Shown piece by piece: positions 37,701 through 49,199 of a stretch of DNA of 64,000 nt. Under the pieces are notes generated by a model. It saw only the letters and a program-made list of their open reading frames with translations. It ran no database searches and had not been told where the DNA came from. Within the stretch, counting starts at the first letter, position 1. Every line of letters begins with the position of its first letter. The stretch lies in the NCBI GenBank assembly GCA_036172245.1, contig JAYWIR010000006.1, positions 1,984,001-2,048,000 of the forward strand, read 5' to 3'. Source of the stretch: Raillietiella orientalis. Lineage: Eukaryota. Position numbers and translations under genes: made by a program.

Positions 37701-38249
37701 GCGAGGCGTTTGGACGCTCGCACGCTTCCCGAAGCCGCTTCTCAAGAACTCATCTTGATGGTGGTCACGAAATGCCCCGCAGCCTTTGAGCGCGAGGCAA
37801 GGCGAAGAAAAGCGGGTTGTCTCAAGTTTCTGCAAAGTGTAGTCAAGAAGATGCGGAAGATCCCGATCCCGGGTCCAAGCGACACCGCAGGCCTCTCCGG
37901 AGAGGAAGCTTTCGAAGTCCGGGAACCCCCGGCAAATGGGGCCTCGCAAGCCCCCATGCTCCAGACTAGAGGCGCTTCGTGAAATCTCGGAGCACGTCTT
38001 TCCTCCCGTTCCGACTTTTGTGGGATGGACCCGCGTTCTCCTCCACCTCGGCTGCGGTGTTCAGGCCTGAGGACGAAGAATCTGCGATCGCCCGTGATGT
38101 CAGAAGGCACAAGAGTTCTTCTGCAACAGCCTTCACGCTCCGGATGCGGCTCAGATCTCCGCTGGGCACAGAAATTCCTTCCCGTTTTCTTCCCAAGCAC
38201 CTCCCTTTCCCTCAGATGTCCCTCGAATCTGCATTTCCGAGAGTTGTGA

Positions 38250-39250
38250 ATTTAAATTCTAAAACTGGGAGAGGATTGCATCGTTATCCCTATAATTCCG
38301 ATCAACGGTGTCCCACTCCAACTGGTAGTTGGACGAGAATTTGTTACAGCTAACTGGGGACATGGACGAAGGAAGCTCTTTCTTGCACGACTCCCGTATA
38401 CCTGCTTTTCAAAGGTTGAGTGATACCTTGGATTTTCTGAGCACTTTTCTGCATTTCTAAAGGTTTCTTCTCAGTTCTAAATGTCTGTGCAACCAAGCTA
38501 GCAACCAAGGCCTCTGCATCCCATCTTCCTGTTTCCTCGTCTGCCCACCTGGGGTGCTCGTCGTCCTTCATTCTGTTGTTTCCTCAGCATCTTGTCCCGC
38601 GTTTCGTGAGTAAGCGGACCGCTGGGATTTCCGCCGTATCTGGTTCTCGATCCCTCGTGTGACGTCAGCTGCATAGATGTCTCTGGAGCACTGAATACGC
38701 GAGGCCACCATCCGGTGCCTCATCTTCTCTGACATCTACCTCCGAATCTACCGAAGAACTCAGTACCTTACTCGTGGTCCCCTCCCTTTGCGTGGACACC
38801 TCCATGTTCCCCTCCAATGGAAACAGAATGATCTGCTGTTTCTGTCCTGGAGATTCCAGTGCAATCAGCTCAGACGCCCACTTTCCGGGGGAGTTGCCCT
38901 CCCCAAACTGTTCGAGGACTACAGTGCCCTCGCGGAATTGTGGTAGAAACTCGCTTCAGCATTCCGTAGACCACAGGACACTGCAACAGACTTGCTGCGG
39001 CGATTTTCCACAGAAAGTGGACTGATGAAGGACGCTGTGATAGCAACAATCAGTTGCTTCCCAGCCATAGTGACAGTCCGCCATGTGCTGGAATCAAGTT
39101 CGTGGCGAAGAAAGGCCATCAGCATGGCAGCGGCCCTCATAAGGGCAGCAGCAAGGTGGCTCTATCTGTCAGAAGAATTAGCCAGGGAGATTACCACCAT
39201 CCATAGTCGCTTCTGAAAATTAAGGAATGCCACATACCAAAGAACCCTGT
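38250..39250 (-). mobile_element. N-terminal half of an RLE-type element
   Basis: Finger remnants (MAFLRHE, IILFPLEG). GRWDAEA...RTEKKPLEMQ is homologous to GRRDAET...RTAKKPLEMQ at 40420-40530. Confidence 0.6.
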
Positions 39251-39259
39251 CTCCACCTT

Positions 39260-41200
39260 CGAGTCCTGTTTATTTGCTTATTGTCCCCTTCCTCCGTTCC
39301 CTAGTATTTGGAAGCCGACTTGCGCGCCCATGGTTATCCCGGGTGAATTTTTTTTCTTTTTTGGGGGTTTCGTGTTTCTGAGGGGATACCTCAGAAACAC
39401 AAAACCCCCAAAAATCTTTCCCTCTTCCTTGTAGTTTATTTTGTTCTTGTTTCAAAATAAATGTCCCGGTGCAACCGGGTTCAAACATCTGCTTCGAGTA
39501 CTTTTAGGAATTCCAAGATCCTGCAGCACTTCCTCGTTTTGCCTGGATCCCAGGCTCCCTGTGAGCCAACGACAAGAGAATGCACCTTGCATCGGTTCCA
39601 CTCTCTGTCCAGCTGGAGGGCTACTTCCCTGTACTTTCCAGTTTGTTCCCCCTAGCTGCGTTGAACGCCTCATTTCCACCTGGCAGCAGATGTGCAGCAC
39701 TATTATTCGATTTCTTTTCTTTAATAGCAAGTTTGGTCGCAGGAGGGAATCCGTTCTTCCAGCTCTAGTTCTCTGGCTGGTAGACACTGGGGTCCACTTT
39801 GCCTCATCCACCGAGGATGTGCTGGATCATTTCTTGGATCGCGTTGTGTCGCGCAGTGGACGGATGAAAGTGCCTCTTGCATCGGTTTAATAGATAAGGC
39901 AATGTTTCGCCTTCCGTCTGGCAGCTTCGACATGCGCGTTTCTCTGGTTTCATCCTAAGTCCGGCCCTGATTGGTAGGACATTTAGTCGGACTACGTGGA
40001 TGAATCTGTAGTCCTGGAACCTCAGGTATTCTCCATTGGTGAGGTAGAAGCTTGAGATTGGTGTATGCTCACACATTGCATGGGTCTCCCTCAACTAAGA
40101 TGCTTTTGAACTAAGGACTGCACGAGTGTTCTCCCTGCAATGTTCTCACGCCGGAGCTAAACTTTCTCCTCATACTGCTGCTGAAGATGACGCCGTCGAC
40201 CGTTATGTTGGTCTCTCCATCAGCAAATTTCCAGCAGGCCTTTGTTCTTCTCGAGGCTCTTCTTCATTTGGACCATAGGCTCTCAATATCCCTGTTGCGC
40301 TGTGAGAATTTTCCGGAGGAAGAATTCGTCATGAAATACCCGAGATCCTCATCTGTGGTGGTTCGAGGATTCTCTTTGGACCGCTCGGTACCTCAGCTTT
40401 TCGTAGGTCGAGCAGTCCCTTGGATTTCCTGAGCATTGTCTGCATTTCCAACGGTTTCTTCGCAGTTCTGGATGTCTGTTCAGACCTAAAAACGAATGTC
40501 TCTGCATCCCGTCTTCCTGTTCCCAGTGACCATTCTGAATCTTCCTTCGTTGTTCTTCCTCTCAGCCCCATCCTGGCAATTCGGCAAAGAACAGGAGAGA
40601 AGCATCTGTTGCTGCTTCTTTTTCTGGCATTGGTTTCAGGAAAAGAAGTGCCGAACCGTTTCCACCACATTCCCCACCAAATACGAAATAGGAAACGGCC
40701 TTTTGAGGTGATAGCTGATGGATTGCGGCACCATTGATCGCGTCAATGCCAAACGCGTTTTCTCTCTCCGCCACGCAGGAACTCTTCCCCCCTCACCATC
40801 GGAAACTGAGGAAGGTCGTCACGCACCTCTGAGGGTAGGATGGCGCCTCAAACGGTGCGCCAACCGCTGAGTCGTGGGAAACCCTTCCGCACTGCTGCTG
40901 GAATGCGGCAGGTCTGCACTGCAGGGACCCTTCAGCCGCCTGGGGACGCTTACCTCTGCGGGTTCACCACTCGCCCCTCGCTAGAAATCTGCTGTCAATC
41001 TTGTGAGTGGTGGCGATCCCTGAGATGTAAGAAGAGCGCAGCAGCCCCAGGCTGCCCTTCGCGGTCACCGTCGCTGCCCACGCGGGATGAGGGCGAATTG
41101 GTGCGGACTGGAAAACAGGCCAACAAGGCGCCTCCTGACAGTTGTGGTTCTCGCCCAGTGACGGCGGGGAGTTTATTCATCAAAAAGAAAGAAAAGAAAA
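39260..41200 (-). mobile_element. Internally deleted NeSL/Utopia-like element (zinc fingers fused to the CCHC-RLE end, RT missing)
   Basis: The N-terminus has LFLHLRDRH and CRIP..RKGFP. Then TTDEDLGYFMTNSSSGKFSQRNRDIESLWSK, SSFYLTNGEYLRFQDYRFIHVVRLNVLP..CRSCQTEGETLPYLLNRC..RHNAI, DSLLRPNL and NEEVLQDLGIP. No RT motifs lie in between. Confidence 0.85.
39358..39414 (-). repeat. 26-bp inverted repeat (hairpin, 5-nt loop) in the element 3' UTR
   Basis: TTTTTGGGGGTTTCGTGTTTCTGAGG-GGATA-CCTCAGAAACACAAAACCCCCAAAAA. 25 of 26 positions pair, and the single mismatch (39371/39401) is G-U on the minus-strand RNA. Confidence 0.95.
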
Positions 41201-41329
41201 AAGGAAACATCCAGACTGGGAGGGACGTGACGTCCCACAACAGGAACGGAGGAGAGCGTGGGAACGGAAAAAGGAAAGAAAAGTAAACAAAAATGGCCGC
41301 CTGTAAGATAAAATCTAAGGGAAAGGGAA

Positions 41330-41830
41330 GAGTTCCCCTTCCTTTTCGTCTGGTCCTCCTCATTCCATGCAGGATTCCAGCAAGCGTCTCCTTGCGGAGT
41401 TCCGGCAAGTCCATCGGCGCGATCCACAGGAGCCCTGAATGCTCCTCCCTGGCGTAACTGCCTCTCTCGGCCTCGTACCTTGAGGGGCGTAGACAGAGAA
41501 AGCGTTGCGACCGGGGATGGGGGCAGCATGGCAGAGAAAGTTCGTCACCGGTTGACGGAACCCCAGTTTCCGCCGACCTCCGGCACGGCGCCATGAAGAC
41601 CCCTGGAGACCACGATTGCCAGCTCAAGAACGGTCCATCTCGGTTTTGCTGGCTCTGGTCTTCTCTCCATCTTCTCTCTTCATCATCTCTCTGAGACCTG
41701 GTCGACCCAGAGCGGCGAGCAGCTGACCCCCTTTTTGCCGCATTCATTTTGAGTAAATCGCCCTTCACGTCGGGCAAGCCGAGGAGGTCGCTCCGGGCGT
41801 TCGGCGCAAGCCAGCGGTCGCCCATCGGTC
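41330..41830 (-). mobile_element. APE endonuclease fragment of a LINE
   Basis: SDLLGLPDVK (cf. DILGLxE), PGVFM and, after a frameshift, AFSVYAPQ. Confidence 0.5.
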
Positions 41831-44249
41831 ACGAGTGTTGGGATCGCCGACTCTCAAGGAGGCTGCACAAGAAGACAGGAAGGAGGAGAGGTAGGGGACG
41901 GTCACAGAAAGAAAGAAAAGGATGTGGGGGCGACGGGGGAAGGAGGTGGATGTCTGCCCGCATTTGGTGCTCTCAGAAACGTGACGTTTCTTTCCTTTTT
42001 ATTTTTTCTATCATCTTCCCATAAAACGGGACAACGCCCCGTCTGAAAGCTTGGAGAATTTCAATGCCATCTTCTTTGATCTGAGGAGAGAACGCCAGAG
42101 GACCCTGCTAATTGCCTCGGCATCCTCCATCCATCACCGCAATTACGCGGTCGCCAAAGGTCGGTAAGGCTGCCAGGGAGCGACGCCGGAAGAGAGACGC
42201 CCGAATGGCGGCTGGACAGGGTGACTGCTGACCGCGGACGGAGTGGGCGCGCCGATTGCGCGCCGCGCGGGGAACGCCCAGATTTTCAGGGACGAGCCGG
42301 TCGCCTCGAAAAAACTGTCTCTCTTATTTTCCAGGAAGGGAAAACAGCAGCAGCAGCAACAACAGCAACGCGCACACACTAAAGCAAACAGCAGCGTCAC
42401 CCTGCGGGAATAGGCAAACATCGCAAATGGAGCGACAGCGGTGCCGATGACATGTGGCTCCGGTCGAAATTTCGGCAGCTTCATTGACTCCAGTTATTTG
42501 AGGTCTCCTCGGTCGCCGGGGTTCGGAACACAGTGAGGAGGAAGGAAGGTTATCGATCGGTGGGAGAAGGGGGAGGCGGACCTGTCTCCGGGAAGGGTTG
42601 GAGAAGCGAAGTTTCGATTTGGGTCCCGAGCTGGCCGAAAATAAAGGCGAGGAGGGGGGGGTGAGGGGGCGACGCAATCTCAAAACGGCTGGGAGAGGCG
42701 CTGCTCACTTAAAACGAGTGGTGCCGAAACTCTGGGACATTCCTCGTTCGCGAGGGCGTTTTTTTTACATGGGGGAGGGGACCTTTGGAGAAGCTCCCTT
42801 CCCTCCCTTTCTCTCTTTGGCCATTGACGTCAGAACTGCGGCTCGAAATGTGAGCGCCGCATCCGAGGGCAGTTACTTCCCAAGCTTCTGGGAGGGGAAG
42901 GAAAGGGGAGGGTAAACATGGCCCAAGGAAGGGGAAGCGATCCAGCTGCTCGCGCTGCTGCTGTCTCGCCATCTTCCAGGTGTGGGAAATTCCGCTTTCT
43001 TCGCGGACAGAAAAACATGATTCTTGAGCGCTGCGTTCGTTGCCACCATGGCAACCAGGACGGAAAGGGTACTCCCCTTACTCAACAGGATTCTTCGCTA
43101 GCCTGCTCGCCGCGGTCAAAGCGTGTGTCTTAGCCGGAGTCTCCAGGAGCGCGTGAGCGCACCTCTTCCGTTGAGTCAAAGGGGCGCTTTCGGGCATGCT
43201 TTAAGGCGAGCGAAGAGATGCTGGGAAGTACTTCCAGGTAGGAGGAACTGCGTGGATGGCGTACAGATGATACGGCACTGCTCTTTTGAGCGTGGCGGGG
43301 TCGGCCGATGGTTGCTGGGATCCCTTGCATTCTCCCTCGGGTGCTCCTCGAACCGCTGAGAAGACCCTTGCGGACTCCTCCAACGAACTCTGACCTTCTG
43401 TTGGACGGAAGGATCTTTGGAACTCTTCCTGGTTTCCAGGAAGAGTTCTTTCAGGTTGGATAGAAAAGGAGACAGAAGGAGGAAAATCCGGGACCAATCT
43501 TGCCTAAGGCTCGTCCGGATTGGGATTCCCCCCCAAACCTGAAGCCGCTACTGGTCAAAATGAGCCTGTGAGCGCCTGGGCTTGAAAGGCTGTCCCTTCG
43601 CTTGGAAGGGAAAAGATTCTCGCGAAAGATGCAACCCGGGATGAACACTCTTTTGATGGATTGGGATGCCGATTCTGCGATGCGAAAATCTCCCTTTGAA
43701 GGACGGACCTCTCTCATGCAGTCCTAATGGACCAAACTCGCGGAAAAATGGGTTTTTGGGTGCGTCTGGCGTGCGCGGTCGTCATGCAGGTGCAGTGCCT
43801 ATCTAAATTTCTCATCTAACCCCCACCATCAGTACCGTAATCACCGTGGGGTTTGTCCTTTCGATTGCTGCTCTGTCCTCATCTCTCTCCAATATCCCCT
43901 TATTCCTGTCCCCAGTGAAGTTTGGTTGCTTCCCTCTCGCACCAGCACTCGTTGCTTCTTTCCTGGCGGAAAATTTTTTTCCCTCATTCATTTCGAATGA
44001 CTTGATCCGATTGTGGACCATTCTAGGGCCCATCTCAGCTTGCACGAGTCGTCCAGCAAGTGTGTGCAGGAGATCGGCTACTTCCATACTGGAAGACTTC
44101 CAGATCTGCTAAGGGGGAGACGAGCCAAGTGAGAGAACCATCATCGTCGTTACCTCTCCTCTCTCTTGTCCCATTCCTTACCATCTTCTTACACCAAGCA
44201 CCAAACAACACCCCTTTTATCACCATAGAAATGAGTGCATGCAAGTAGG

Positions 44250-45700
44250 TAGACGGGGGAGAGGTGTAATTGACGGTTCAGTTGACGGTTCTTTGAAGAT
44301 CCTGTACTCTGCTTCCTCTCAGTTGTGGCAGGGGAGATTTGATGCTCCCCTCCGCCGAAAATGCAGGTGAGCTTCCTGAGATCGCTGGAGAGACTCCCAC
44401 CCTCAGCGCTGATCCAGCAGATGCGGCGCTGCCGTGAATGCGCCGCTGGGAGTTTCGACCGACCTCGGTGGGATGAGGGGGAGGGTGGGGGAGCGTCGCA
44501 TCAAGGCCATGAAGATGACCTCCGGGTGCAGCAAGGAAACCAGCTGCTGCCGATCTCAGCGCACTACACAAGCAGGCACGGTTTCAGAGTGACTCTCTCA
44601 ATCCCTCTTCGAGAGACATTAACGTTCATTGCCAGAAGGAACTTTACTTCAAGAACAGCACCGCCGCAAGATCCCAGACGATGGGGATCCTCATCCTGAA
44701 GCGCAAACTGCGGGAGAAGGTGTCTGAGCAGCGGATACCTGACGGCGGAACCGACCTCCATGTAAAGAACCTCCATGGGCTGCCCTTTGCCATACGCACC
44801 GAAACTGAAGAAGATAACTGAGGATCTGAAAAGAGACTTGTGGGGCGCAGGGAAGTCCCAAGTTGCCGACTTCGCATCGAGACGGAAGACGTTGCCTTCT
44901 GATGCTGGAACGGAAGGATCTACAGCTCCAGTTTAGGAGATTGGTGCTGGTGACCAAATAGCGGAATAAGGTCCAGTCTACTACTCCCACTTCCAAGACT
45001 TCTGCGGCCTGCTGCGAAGGATTCGCGACTCTGCTGTATTTTAAAGCCACTGAAGGTCGGCATGATGCAGCTTTTCACTATGGCAGGTTGTCACTTTAAC
45101 GAGGAAAGGCACCCGGATCGCTTGTCGTACCGCAAACTGCAGTGGCTCCAGCGTCAGGAAGCACTGGGCATCTGAGAGGAGGTTGAAACTCCATACCTTG
45201 TGACATCGATGTCTCGGACGATGCACCCTCAAGAACGCCGCTCTGGATCTGCAAAAGTTAAATTGGAACTTCTCATTCCCCCCCGCTTCCGAAGCAGTGC
45301 CGTTCTTTCCACGGGAGAGTAATGGCAGTAGCCATTCGGCAATGTGAGAAGTGATCTATGACATTGCGGGCACCAAGGAACTCTTTGGCGCTTGGGCGGA
45401 GAGAGAACTTGCTGACGCAGTGACCCCAAGTTCCGGTTCAAAGGGACTACCCCGGTGAAATTAAACCTCCTTCCCTCCTAACCTTCCTCCTTCCTTCGAC
45501 GGAAGACCTGGATTTCCTCACATTCCGGTTTAAGGAAACCTCCACACGTCCCTCGAAGCGACAGTGCTTGGCGATCCTGCGGTCGCACTGGGGCCTCCTT
45601 CCTCACAGCTCTCTCCTGTCCCACAGTGATAGCCTGAAATGCTCAAAATAAAATCCTTCCAGAATATTCTACTGCGTTGTGTTGCTTTCTGGAGAGTAAG
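44250..45700 (+). mobile_element. L1/Tx1-like RT C-terminus and thumb
   Basis: GHEDDLRV (cf. YADD), HGFRVTLS (cf. SGxxVN) and PLPYAPKLKKITEDLKRDLWGAGKSQVA (cf. the L1 thumb FLWxG..VA). Confidence 0.65.
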
Positions 45701-47299
45701 GAGGAGTTCCTCAACAGCCAGCTAACTCTTTTTGGGAAATTAAGTGGACATGTTCAAGCGCTTCTTCTTGGGTAGCACCCTTCTCCCTGCGTCTGCGACC
45801 CACCAAAACTCCCTGCTTTCTCCACGGCATAGCTGAGGCCTGAAGCTCAGCCGAAAAGCGACTGTAAGACGAGAATTCCATCCTCACGAAAATTGATATC
45901 TCGAGGAAGACAAAGACATGGCACCACCTACTGGGTTTATAGGGTGGAACTTGCCAGCATCCCGTGCATTATGTAGAGAATCCCAAAAGAAACCAACGAC
46001 CCTTTTTCCCTCGGCCCCTTACCTTCGTCCAAGACAACAAGCTGCAAAAGGAAGCAAGGGAGATTCCTTATCGAGAACAGGAATCCTGGAGGGATGAGGA
46101 AGATGTAGCAACATCCGAAAGACGCATCTACATGGTCCTGAAGCTGGGCTCTTGAAGCCACCAGAACTTTCGAGGCGTTTAAAAATGATGAATCACACCA
46201 CACTTTGGGAGCATCGTGCCTGACTCTTGCCGGAATGCGGGAGTCTTTGTGCTTAGACCCTGGCAACCTGCTCCTGTGTCATCCTGGCAGCCACTCTCAA
46301 GCAGACTGGCTGCGTTTCTCGAAAGAAAGGCGGTTACCTGTGCCAAAAGACGGTTACCTCAATGAAGTTGAGGACTCTCAAGTTTTGTCAGTGGAGAATC
46401 TGTTCTTCTCTTCTAGGATTGTCAATCCCGCCGCAGTGGTGCTCTTTTTGCCCTCGGCGTGGTCGTCCTTCTTGCCATTCTTTACAGCTCTCCGGTCTCG
46501 GGCTGGTGCGGCGCTCAGTGCTGAAAAACACACGCACGCACACCGTGATGGACTCCCTCGTCGACAGGTGTCTGGGTCTCCCCTTGCCTCCTGGGTCTCC
46601 AGAATGTCTCCCGAGGAGGAGGGACAAGCATGCGTTCGACTGTACGGAAAACGAGGGTCTTTTCGAAAACCAGATAGCCAAACCAGAATGCAGCGGAAAA
46701 AGTTGCTTTCTTTGTCGGAGAGATGGCTCAAGGAAGGACGCAAGAGTGCCCCTGCATGCCCTTACAGGAGGACGCTCTCTTTCTTTAACCCCTCTGGGAG
46801 TTGTCACTTGCACGAGGACACTTGTTCTCAAGTGTCCTCGTTCGTGTCCTGGTTGTTTACTTCTGGAGTACTCAGTCACCTGGATGATGTTTACTCGCAT
46901 GATGTTTTGTGCTCCTGAAAAGGATGTTTTTGGAGAAGGGACGCAGCCAAATACCGCCTCGTAAAGGAAAAGGATTTCTTTCTTTTCTGGCAACCCTTAC
47001 TACGTCTTCGTCGTCATTCACTCGCCCTATTTGTTTATTCACCTCCTTCCTTCCACACCGTACACCCCGAGAGTAACTTCTTGCGCCCCCGTGAAGATAA
47101 GAACATGAATACATAAAAATACGTAAATTCTCACCTGCGGATGCAGGAAAGGAGCGTGGCCCTGAAGGCACCCCGCATCGCCAGTAGGCGTACGGAAGGA
47201 ACACTTTGGCACCGAAAAAGGATCAAGGCGAAGGTCGAATTGCTGAGTCACACAACCTCTTTGTGATCCTAGAAAGGCGGTTTTCCTACTCTTGCCCAG

Positions 47300-48650
47300 G
47301 TGTCACCTAGCTAATCCTTTCACGACCCTGGTTTTCAGAAGGAGCAAGGGTTCTTCTATCCAAGATTTGCCCATTAGATGCTCACAATTTCATGTTGCGA
47401 CGAATGAGACAACCCCGGGGGAACTCAGGAAACTCGGGGCAAATGGTGTGCCGCCTATAAGGTCCTCCGCAGCGACGCAACAGCAAGCAGCATGTTGTGC
47501 GCCACCTAGGAAGGGTATCATGCGTACGTCCGCTTCCCATTCTTTCCCCAACTCCTGGGGAAGTGTCGAAGCTCTCCAGGAGGCAGCACCGAAGCTGGAG
47601 ACCCCAACCTGAAGAGGAGGGAGGGAGCGCAGAAGGTGCAGGCAAAGTCGGGCGGCTGCCTTTGTGTCTGGAACTCTGCAAAATCCAAAAGACCGTTTTT
47701 CGATATTCCGCCTGCAGCCAAATTCGGACTCTCCGTGCAAAGTAACGGGAGGACTTGCGATGAGGAAGCGCTCGCTCTCTTGAGGGAGGAGGTCGGCCTG
47801 AAAACATTGAACTTTGGAAGGCGCAGAGTTGGGTCTGTTACCTTCCAGGATTTTCATATTGGATCGGACTGATGGGCAACGGAAGTGCGCGCGCGTGGCA
47901 GTCGATGCAGTTGGACATGTAAAAACAGACACTTTCAAACGTACTACCCATGTCTCCACTGAGAACGTGAAAGGGCACATGCCCTTGCAAGAGGAGTTCC
48001 TGAAAGGCTCATCACCTGGTTGCCAAAGAATGATTTCATCTTTGGCATGGGGATGTGACCTTTGTGCTTTCGAAGTCTGATCTCCTTTTGCAAACTTGAG
48101 ATGAACAACTTTCCGCACCAGAGAACGCACCAATTGACCTTCGTTTCCTTCGTCCACAGAGAGCATAACTGACGGAGTACCTGCATTCGTCAACAGTCTT
48201 GCTGTGACAAGTGGGAAGTCGAGTTCTTGGCCTTCCTCAAACAGAATGTCCTGCGAGTTGGTGGAGCTCCTCGTACGCGGCGATGTACAGTACGAGACTT
48301 CCCTGTGTTGAGTAATCTGCCCCTTTTTCACGGACTGCAAAAGTTCTAGGTTTTGTGAGGAGAGAATAGACCGTCTCGCGAATAAACGAAGCTTCTGGAA
48401 AGGAGTCTTCTCAGACACCGAATGCAAGAACAGGAAGCATTGAGGTCTGTCCTCACGGCCGATTGCATGGAAGGCACAGCCAGCTATGATGGATTGCGAA
48501 AAGCGTCGAGAACGCCAAAGAAAACAGCTCGCTAGGAAGTGAGCGCTACCGAGACGGATGCGACTGCAGGGAGCAGCGCGGTCACGCGAAGACGAGTTCC
48601 CTCGTTGCTGGCTAAGAGCAGCTCGAATCGCTTCCTCCCTGAAATGAAGC
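47300..48650 (-). mobile_element. Zinc-finger N-terminal region of an RLE-type element
   Basis: HPHAKDEIILWQPGDEPFRNSSCKGMCPFTF and FRCP. Bases 47950-48130 are homologous to 50460-50640. A (TG)n tract lies at the 5' end (~48660). Confidence 0.6.
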
Positions 48651-49199
48651 AACAAAAAACACACACACACACAAAAAGAAAAATTGGATGTAAAGGGTTC
48701 GCGAGACTTGCATGATCCTGGAGGGAGTCTAAAGTGATACGAATCTATAAACTAGAGAGATGAAGGAGACGCGCTGCTGCCGAGCTGATGACGAGGGCAT
48801 CGAAGATCAGCCCGGCGTTTTTGCATCTCAGATGAAAAATAATGGGACGGCCGCGCTCGCCTGCAGCAGGGAGTGCGGATCGTGTGACTGCCGCGAGAAA
48901 CCTGAAACGAGTTTCCTAGCTCTTCTGCCTTCCATTCGCTCAACCACCGGAGGGATGAAACGTCCCCCAATCCTCCTTTAACTTCGGTTCTTCTACTGAC
49001 AAAGGAAACCCTTCCCTCCCGCCCCCATCCTGTAACGGAGGAAGAGAAACGAGATGCTTCCAACACAGCACGTGCGGAGCCCTCCGGCCGGCGGCAGCGA
49101 TTTTCAAGTTTAAATTGAAATGTGCGAGAGGGGAGGAAGTGGTCCGGGAAGGAGGAAGGACGCGTCTTGAATGGAGCAGCGAAGGAGGGCACGCATCAG

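Noticed and set aside
35288..37758. Long ORFs (320, 415, 304 and 261 aa) in the ORF track
   Set aside because: They overlap on both strands in GC-rich repeat DNA, are Arg/Ser/Pro-rich and lack domains. They are explained by the inverted element 5' ends.
47390..48670. 426-aa ORF as an intact host gene
   Set aside because: Only part carries finger-like motifs, the homologous copy at ~50.5 kb is broken, and the start lies in a (TG)n tract. Treated as a retroelement remnant.
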